Below, piece after piece: positions 57,781 to 64,000 of a DNA stretch of 64,000 nt. Made by a program: the position numbers and the translations under genes. How positions within the stretch are numbered: the first letter of the stretch is position 1; each line of letters starts with the position of its first letter. The notes beneath the pieces are model-generated. The model was not told where the DNA came from. It was given only the letters and a program-made list of their open reading frames with translations, and searched no databases. Origin of the DNA: an uncultured delta proteobacterium (lineage in GTDB: Bacteria; Desulfobacterota; Desulfobacteria; Desulfobacterales; UBA2156); the NCBI GenBank assembly GCA_963736855.1, contig CAVTQK010000013.1, positions 64,001 through 128,000 on the forward strand, written 5' to 3'.

Positions 57781-59697
57781 ATGATTGAACTGACTTTTCC
57801 GGATGGAGCCCAAAAACAATTTGAAAACCCGCCGACAGGGTTGGAGGTCGCCAAAAGCATCTCAGAAGTCCTGGCTCGGGAGAGCGTTGCCATTCAGCTC
57901 AACGGAACGATCGTTGACCTGACTCGAAGGATCGAACACGACACCGCTATAAGGTTGATCACCACCAAGGATACTGAGGCCCTTGAAATCATGAGGCACA
58001 GCGCCGCCCATGTAATGGCCCAGGCCATTTTACATATATACCCGAATGCAAAACTGACCATCGGCCCGGTGGTGGGAAACGAATTTTATTATGACATCGA
58101 CATGGAATCGGTGTCCGAGGAAGACTTCCCTCAGATCGAAGCGGAGATGAAAAAGATCGTGGCGGCAAAGATTCCGCTCCAGCGCCGGGAAGTCTCCAAG
58201 GCCGAAGCCATGAACCTCTACCGGAACGAGCCTTATAAGCTGGAGATGATCTCGGAGCTTCAAGACGGCACCATCACCGTCTACAAGCAGGGGGATTTTG
58301 CGGACTTGTGTCGGGGGCCCCATGTACCGCATACCGGATTCATCAGGGCCTTCAAGCTGACCAAGGTTTCCGGAGCCTACTGGCGGGGTGATCAAGCCAA
58401 AGCCCAGCTTCAGCGGATTTACGGGACGGCTTTTTTCTCCAAAAAGGACATGGATGAGTACCTGTTCTTGCTGGAGGAGGCCAAGAAGCGAAACCACCGG
58501 AAATTGGGAACCCTTCTGGAACTGTTCAGCTTTCATGACGAAGCGCCGGGGATGCCCTTTTTCCATGCCAAGGGGATGGTGGTCTGGAACCAGCTTTTGG
58601 ATTACTGGAGAGAGGAACACGAGGCGGCGGGATATGTGGAAATAAAGACGCCTATCATGCTGAACCGAACCTTGTGGGAGCGAAGCGGACATTGGGAAAA
58701 CTACCGCGAAAACATGTACTTTTCCAAGGTCGAAGATTTCGAGTACGCCGTCAAACCCATGAACTGCCCCGGAGGAATGCTGATTTATAAATCCCGAATG
58801 CACTCATACAAAGAATTTCCCATCCGGGCAGCGGAAATCGGGTTGGTTCACCGTCACGAACTGAGCGGGGTTCTTTCCGGTCTGTTCCGGGTGAGGGCTT
58901 TCCATCAGGACGACGCCCATATTTATATGATCCCGGATCAGATCCGGGCAGAGATCCTGGGGGTGCTGCATCTGGTACAACGCATTTACAGCACTTTCGG
59001 TCTGGGCTTTCACCTGGAGCTTTCCACCCGGCCGGAAAAATCCATCGGCACCGATGAACAGTGGGAACAGGCAACGGAGGGTTTACGGTCGGCGCTGGTC
59101 GATTACGACCAGGGTTTTACGGTCAATGAGGGCGATGGCGCCTTTTATGGGCCTAAAATCGATTGCCACATCAAGGATGCCCTGGGCCGCACCTGGCAAT
59201 GCGGAACGATCCAGTTGGACATGTCTCAACCGGATCGATTCGATCTGACTTATATCGGCGCGGATAACGAGAAGCATCGGCCCATCATGATCCATCGTAC
59301 CGTCTACGGTTCCATTGAGCGGTTCTTCGGGATCCTCATCGAGCATTTTGCCGGCCGATTTCCCTTGTGGATGGCACCCGTCCAGGCGATTCTTTTGCCC
59401 ATCAACGACGCCCTGGCCTCTTTTGCCCGGGAACAGGAGAAACGGCTTAAGGAAAAGGGGCTCCGCTTAGAGGTGGATGACCGGGCCGAAAGCCTGAATA
59501 AAAAAATACGGGAAGCCCAGATGAAACAGATTCCTCTGATCATGGCCCTCGGAGAAAAAGAAAAGGCTTCGGGATCATTTTCCATCAGGACCCTGGATGG
59601 AAAAGTAGCGCAAGGGTTGACCCCGGATCGGTTTTTCGACCGGGTTTTGTCCCATGTAAAGGAAAGAAGGCTTGACCTGATTTCCTTTTCAGGCTGA
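57781..59697 (+). CDS. thrS: Threonine--tRNA ligase
   Basis: TGS domain, RHSAAHVMAQA, DLCRGPH, KPMNCP, QDDAHI, GAFYGPKID, WQCGTIQLD, GSIERF. Confidence 0.97.
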   Translation: MIELTFPDGAQKQFENPPTGLEVAKSISEVLARESVAIQLNGTIVDLTRRIEHDTAIRLITTKDTEALEIMRHSAAHVMAQAILHIYPNAKLTIGPVVGNEFYYDIDMESVSEEDFPQIEAEMKKIVAAKIPLQRREVSKAEAMNLYRNEPYKLEMISELQDGTITVYKQGDFADLCRGPHVPHTGFIRAFKLTKVSGAYWRGDQAKAQLQRIYGTAFFSKKDMDEYLFLLEEAKKRNHRKLGTLLELFSFHDEAPGMPFFHAKGMVVWNQLLDYWREEHEAAGYVEIKTPIMLNRTLWERSGHWENYRENMYFSKVEDFEYAVKPMNCPGGMLIYKSRMHSYKEFPIRAAEIGLVHRHELSGVLSGLFRVRAFHQDDAHIYMIPDQIRAEILGVLHLVQRIYSTFGLGFHLELSTRPEKSIGTDEQWEQATEGLRSALVDYDQGFTVNEGDGAFYGPKIDCHIKDALGRTWQCGTIQLDMSQPDRFDLTYIGADNEKHRPIMIHRTVYGSIERFFGILIEHFAGRFPLWMAPVQAILLPINDALASFAREQEKRLKEKGLRLEVDDRAESLNKKIREAQMKQIPLIMALGEKEKASGSFSIRTLDGKVAQGLTPDRFFDRVLSHVKERRLDLISFSG

Positions 59698-59912
59698 TGA
59701 AAAAAAATAGCGAAAACGCCGGCGTGACCACGCATCGCATCCGGTGGTGTGACTTGAAATGCCCGGAGGCCGAGTTTGCCAAAGCCGACGCCCTGGACGG
59801 GTCCTGTCGGACCTTCCAATCGCTTTGGTGCAAAAAACTCAAAAGACATGTGACCAAAAACGCACCCTGTGAAGTCTTATTCGGAAAACGACGTCCTACC
59901 ACCGGATGGTGA
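59697..59912 (+). CDS. Small Cys-rich protein coupled to thrS
   Basis: TGATG overlap; WCDLKC...SCRTF..LWC......KNAPC. Confidence 0.65.
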   Translation: MKKNSENAGVTTHRIRWCDLKCPEAEFAKADALDGSCRTFQSLWCKKLKRHVTKNAPCEVLFGKRRPTTGW

Positions 59913-60345
59913 ATATTTTTCGAGAGTTGAAAAGCGGCGACGCCTTCTTTCGGACTGGCTGCCGGTTTTGCTGTACTGCCTGCTGATATTTTTTCAATCG
60001 GCATTTCCTCCGGTAGTGCGTGAACCGATATTCCCATTTGCCGATAAGGCGGCCCACGGGATGATTTACGCCGTGCTGGGGATTCTTTTTTACAAGGCCT
60101 TCAAGACCCGTTCGGTAAAAAACCTTAAAGCCTTTGGTTGGGCTGCCCTGGCATCGACACTTTACGGAGTGAGCGATGAAATCCACCAGGCATTCGTTCC
60201 GGAAAGATCCGCCGAAATGGCCGATGTCCTGGCCGACGGCCTCGGGAGCCTTCTGGGGATTCTGTTGTTCGTGATCCTGTTTCCGGCATTTCGGAAAAGC
60301 CCCCCTCCTGCTCCGGAGCCTCCTTTGCAGGAAATCCCGGATTGA
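59869..60345 (+). CDS. VanZ family protein (start uncertain)
   Basis: DKAAHGMIYAVLG, YGVSDEIHQAFVPERSA...DVLAD. Confidence 0.85.
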   Translation: MKSYSENDVLPPDGEYFSRVEKRRRLLSDWLPVLLYCLLIFFQSAFPPVVREPIFPFADKAAHGMIYAVLGILFYKAFKTRSVKNLKAFGWAALASTLYGVSDEIHQAFVPERSAEMADVLADGLGSLLGILLFVILFPAFRKSPPPAPEPPLQEIPD

Positions 60346-60359
60346 CCGGGTCTTTTTTT
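60335..60359 (+). terminator. Putative intrinsic terminator
   Basis: CCCGG-ATTGA-CCGGG followed by TCTTTTTTT. Confidence 0.45.
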
Positions 60360-60503
60360 AATATGTAAAGCCTCTCATTTCAAACGGCTTTCCGAAACGA
60401 TCCTGACCCTTTCCGATCCGACCTCACCTTCCAAAGATTCGCCATCGAGATAACCCCCTCTCCGACAATCTAAAACGGTATAAAAAGACTATTTGTCAAC
60501 TAT

Positions 60504-60694
60504 GATGGCTTCGTAAAAAGGTTTTGTGAGCGCCATTCAAGTCTTTTCGGAAAAAGAGAGTAAAAGGGTTGAGCGTTAAAAAATCTCAAGCTGTTTGAGG
60601 CACTTGTGCCGAGTTCTTGAGATTTAGCGAAACCCTTTGGATCTTCCGAAAAGACTTGCGGTGCGAGAAAAATCAGCCTTTTTACGAAGCCATC
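60504..60694. mobile_element. MITE type B, second copy, 6-bp TSD AACTAT
   Basis: AACTAT|GATGGCTTCGTAAAAAGG...CCTTTTTACGAAGCCATC|AACTAT. Confidence 0.9.
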
Positions 60695-60777
60695 AACTAT
60701 AAATGAGTCGGTAACAAATTCTTGACAAAAAAGAAGATTTCGGCCATGGAAAAAAATAATGCCATGAAAGGAAGCCG

Positions 60778-62469
60778 TTGATGATCAACCATAGGAATAC
60801 GGCTTTTCATAAAAGATCCTTTTTTATTGTGTCCGTCCTTTTCCTGACTTTATTCTGTTTCGGGACTCCATCTGCAAAAACCGGTGATCGGATCGTTAAA
60901 GTCGGCGTCTATGAAAATGCACCCAAAATATTTACCTCGGAATCCGGCCGGGTGTCGGGTATCTTTATCGATGTCATCGAGCACATCGCGCAAATCGAAG
61001 GTTGGAATCTACAATTTGTATCCGGCACCTGGGGGGAGCTATTGGATCGTTTGGAAAAAGGGCAAATCGATTTCATGCCCGACGTGGCGTATACGACGGA
61101 TCGGCAGAAAATATTCTCCTTTCACCAGGTGCCGGTCCTGTCCTCCTGGTCTCAGGTGTATGCCCGCAAAGGAAGCGGAATCAAATCGATATTGGACCTG
61201 GGCGGAAAGCGAATTGCCGTCCTGGAGGGTTCGATTCAGCAGGAAGCGTTTGTCCGGCTTGCCGAAAGTTTCGGGCTAAACGCCACCCTTATTTCCGTAC
61301 CGGACTACAAAACCATTTTTGAGAGAGTTTACAGGGATGAGGCCGACGCTGCCATCGCCAACAATTTCTTCGGATTGATGAATGCCAAAAAGTTCGGGCT
61401 TGAAGATACGGCGGTTGTCTTCTTCCCTTCCACCCTTTTTTTCGCCGCGCCCAAAAGCGCTCCCAAACAATTTTTGGACACCATTGATACCCATCTGTTG
61501 AGTTTAAAAAAAGATCCTCAATCGGTGTATTATGAGTCGCTGAAACGATGGACCTCCGAGAAGGTCCGGTTCAAACTTCCGGCATGGGTTGAAGCCATCG
61601 GTCTTGTGGGCGGCATTGTTTTGCTCGTGAGCCTGGTGGGAAGCGTTGTGCTTAAGCGGCAGGTAAATGCCCGCACCCGGGAACTGCAGCAAGCTAACCG
61701 GGAAATGGGACAGCGTGTCATCGAACGGACGGCGGAATTGGCGGCGGCCATGGAAAAGGCCCAGGCAGCCGACCGGATCAAATCCGCCTTTCTGGCCACC
61801 ATGTCACACGAATTGCGCACGCCGCTCAATTCCATCATCGGATTTACCGGCATCATGCTTCAGGAATTGGCCGGACCCTTGAATGCAGAGCAACGAAAAC
61901 AGATGACCATGGTTCAAAACAGTTCCCGCCACCTTCTGGCCCTGATCAACGACGTACTGGATATTTCCAAGATCGAGGCCGGTCAACTGGAACTTTCCCT
62001 CACCACTTTTGAATTGAGGCCGTCCATTGAAAAAATGGTTTCGCTGGTTTCGCCGATGGCCAAGAAAAAGGGGATCGACCTGAAGCTGGAGATCGCAGAT
62101 GATATCGGAACAGCGAACATGGATCAGCGTCGCCTGGAACAAGTGATCCTTAATCTGCTCAACAATGCCGTCAAATTCACCGAAAAAGGACATGTCCACA
62201 TTTCGTTACGGACCGAAAACGACCATTATCTCCTGTCGGTTTCCGACACCGGTATCGGCATGCATCCGGAAGAACTTTCCGATATCTTCCAACCCTTTCA
62301 CCAGATCGATACCGGGCTTTCGCGCAAGCACGAGGGTACCGGCCTGGGGCTTTCCATATGCAAGAAGATATTGGATTTGATGGGCGGAACTATCGCCGTG
62401 GAAAGCCGATGGGGACAGGGAAGCACTTTCACGGTGCGTTTTCCGAAACGGACAGGGGGTCCGCCATGA
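60778..62469 (+). CDS. Sensor histidine kinase with a periplasmic SBP (family 3) domain
   Basis: PBPb-like N-terminus, TM, FLATMSHELRTPLN, NLLNNAVKFT, DTGIG, GTGLGL. Confidence 0.93.
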   Translation: MMINHRNTAFHKRSFFIVSVLFLTLFCFGTPSAKTGDRIVKVGVYENAPKIFTSESGRVSGIFIDVIEHIAQIEGWNLQFVSGTWGELLDRLEKGQIDFMPDVAYTTDRQKIFSFHQVPVLSSWSQVYARKGSGIKSILDLGGKRIAVLEGSIQQEAFVRLAESFGLNATLISVPDYKTIFERVYRDEADAAIANNFFGLMNAKKFGLEDTAVVFFPSTLFFAAPKSAPKQFLDTIDTHLLSLKKDPQSVYYESLKRWTSEKVRFKLPAWVEAIGLVGGIVLLVSLVGSVVLKRQVNARTRELQQANREMGQRVIERTAELAAAMEKAQAADRIKSAFLATMSHELRTPLNSIIGFTGIMLQELAGPLNAEQRKQMTMVQNSSRHLLALINDVLDISKIEAGQLELSLTTFELRPSIEKMVSLVSPMAKKKGIDLKLEIADDIGTANMDQRRLEQVILNLLNNAVKFTEKGHVHISLRTENDHYLLSVSDTGIGMHPEELSDIFQPFHQIDTGLSRKHEGTGLGLSICKKILDLMGGTIAVESRWGQGSTFTVRFPKRTGGPP

Positions 62470-62855
62470 GCGACACGCTGCTGATCATTGAAGACAACGA
62501 ACAGAACTTTTACTTGATGCGCTTTCTACTTGAGAAGAGCGGGTATACGGTCATCGGTGCCGAATCCGGCAGGGAAGGCGTCGAAAAGGCGTTGCGTCAC
62601 GCGCCGCGGGCCATATTGCTGGACATTCAGCTCCCTGAAATGGACGGATATGCCGTGGCCGCGGAACTCAAGAAACATGGTGAGATGGAGGGCGTGCCCA
62701 TCATCGCGGTAACTTCTTATGCCATGGTTGGGGACCGGGAACGGATTCTGGCGGCCGGAGCCACCGGATACATTGAAAAACCCATCAACCCGGAAACCTT
62801 TGTGGCCGAGATAACCCGGCATCTGACAAAAGACCCGGGCGATAAGGAACGATAG
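62466..62855 (+). CDS. Single-domain response regulator (DivK-like)
   Basis: IIEDN, LLDIQLPEMDG, AVTSYA, EKP; ATGA overlap with the kinase gene. Confidence 0.93.
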   Translation: MSDTLLIIEDNEQNFYLMRFLLEKSGYTVIGAESGREGVEKALRHAPRAILLDIQLPEMDGYAVAAELKKHGEMEGVPIIAVTSYAMVGDRERILAAGATGYIEKPINPETFVAEITRHLTKDPGDKER

Positions 62856-62856
62856 A

Positions 62857-64000
62857 ATGAAAATGCTCGTCGTGGACGATAGAGAGGATTCCCGCTATCT
62901 TCTTGAGATCCTGCTCAAGGCAAACGGGCATGTTGTCGAGCCTGCCGGAAACGGTGTCGAGGCCCTTGAACGACTGAAATCCGGCGGGGTTGATCTGATC
63001 ATCAGCGATATCCTCATGCCGGTCATGGACGGCTTTCAGTTATGCCGAAAAGTCAAGACAGACGAGGCCCTGAGGCATATTCCGTTCATTATTTACACCG
63101 CTACATACACCGGTTCGAAGGATGAAGAGTTCGCCCTCAAGATCGGCGCGGATCGTTTCATCCTAAAACCTTGCAAACCGGATGCGCTCATGGAAGCTAT
63201 TCGGGATGTGATGGAGCGTGCCAAGCACCGCGATATGGCCTCAACGTCGGCGCCGCCACAGGAAGAGGAAATCCTCAAACTTTACAATGAACGATTGGTG
63301 AGAGAGCTTGAGCAGAAAATATTGCAACTGGAAAAAGAAATTCGGATGCGGAAAGAGGCGGAGGAAATCCTGCGGGATAGTGAGGAAAAATACCGGACAT
63401 ATTTTAAAAACGCGCTTGATGTTATTTACTCCATCGACTCCGATTTCAAAATACTGTCCATTTCCCCATCCATTGAAAGGGTACTGGGATATAAACCGGA
63501 GGAATTGATCGGGAAGACCTTTACAGAACTCAACCTCCTGGCACCGGAGTCTTTGCGGCAAGCGATCGATGACGCGACGGCGTTATTTAAAGGAGACCGG
63601 TTACTATCGAAGGCGTACGAATTCATTACCAAATCCGGGGAAAGCCGTTTCGTCGAAGTGAGCGGGTCTCCCATGCTACGCGACGGCAAAGTGGTCGCCT
63701 TTGTTTCCGTTGCGAGGGATGTCACCGAGCGCAAGAAATCTGAGCAGGCTCTGAAGGAGAGTGATGCCCTCTTTCGAACCGCGTTTGAAAACGCCGCTGT
63801 GGGGATGGCGCTGGTAAACCTTGACGGCATCTATATTGAAGTCAATGCGGCCATGGCGCGAATTATCGGTTACACTCAGGCTGAACTGGTCGGAAGACAT
63901 GTGGCCAGCTTTACACACCCCGAAGACCTGAAACAGAGAATGGAATTCATTGATGATCTCGTAGCGGGCAGAATAGCTTCCGGGGAGCAGGAACGGCGTT
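62857..64000 (+). CDS. Response regulator - PAS - PAS signalling protein (partial, runs off the window end)
   Basis: MKMLVVDD...ISDILMPVMDGFQLC...YTATYT; SEEKYRTYFKNALD (PAS), RDVTERK, FENAAVGMA...THPEDL. Confidence 0.88.
   Translation, partial: MKMLVVDDREDSRYLLEILLKANGHVVEPAGNGVEALERLKSGGVDLIISDILMPVMDGFQLCRKVKTDEALRHIPFIIYTATYTGSKDEEFALKIGADRFILKPCKPDALMEAIRDVMERAKHRDMASTSAPPQEEEILKLYNERLVRELEQKILQLEKEIRMRKEAEEILRDSEEKYRTYFKNALDVIYSIDSDFKILSISPSIERVLGYKPEELIGKTFTELNLLAPESLRQAIDDATALFKGDRLLSKAYEFITKSGESRFVEVSGSPMLRDGKVVAFVSVARDVTERKKSEQALKESDALFRTAFENAAVGMALVNLDGIYIEVNAAMARIIGYTQAELVGRHVASFTHPEDLKQRMEFIDDLVAGRIASGEQERR

Noticed and set aside
1..64000. CRISPR array or cas genes that might accompany the TPR-CHAT protein (Craspase-like)
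   Set aside because: No regularly spaced direct repeats and no cas or gasdermin-like ORFs seen; the CHAT protein has a signal peptide.

Overview
A 64 kb chromosomal segment of an anaerobic bacterium. The gene set (CooC/CooT, IspH-UbiA fusion, atypical PurD/PurH, cereblon, TAXI-TRAP) suggests Desulfobacterota, by inference only. Most of it is housekeeping and metabolism: parA/parB, ispH, plsY, mscL, typA, gltA, recD2, purE, ddl, thrS, tRNA-Leu(CAA). Four accessory regions stand out. (1) A ~9 kb island between typA and the tRNA-Leu 3' end. It carries a signal-peptide TPR-CHAT (caspase-like) protease, a FecR/DUF928-like exported protein and a CHASE2 adenylate/guanylate cyclase, flanked by a 391-bp direct repeat made of an IS91-family transposase remnant plus the 5' part of brnT. 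The second repeat copy has two clean insertions (a 122-bp IS200/IS605-type miniature element and a 39-bp palindrome) whose empty sites are visible in the first copy. (2) An RpiR / TAXI-TRAP / class-III aminotransferase / beta-keto-acid cleavage enzyme catabolic cluster. (3) An orphan pseudopilin + HAMP-GAF-HD-GYP + lipoprotein operon. (4) A PilZ-TM-coiled-coil-LysM protein. Five MITEs share one terminal inverted repeat but carry three different interiors. Six +1 frameshifts, mostly in short homopolymers, look like sequencing errors. All calls are by eye from motifs; no database searches were run.
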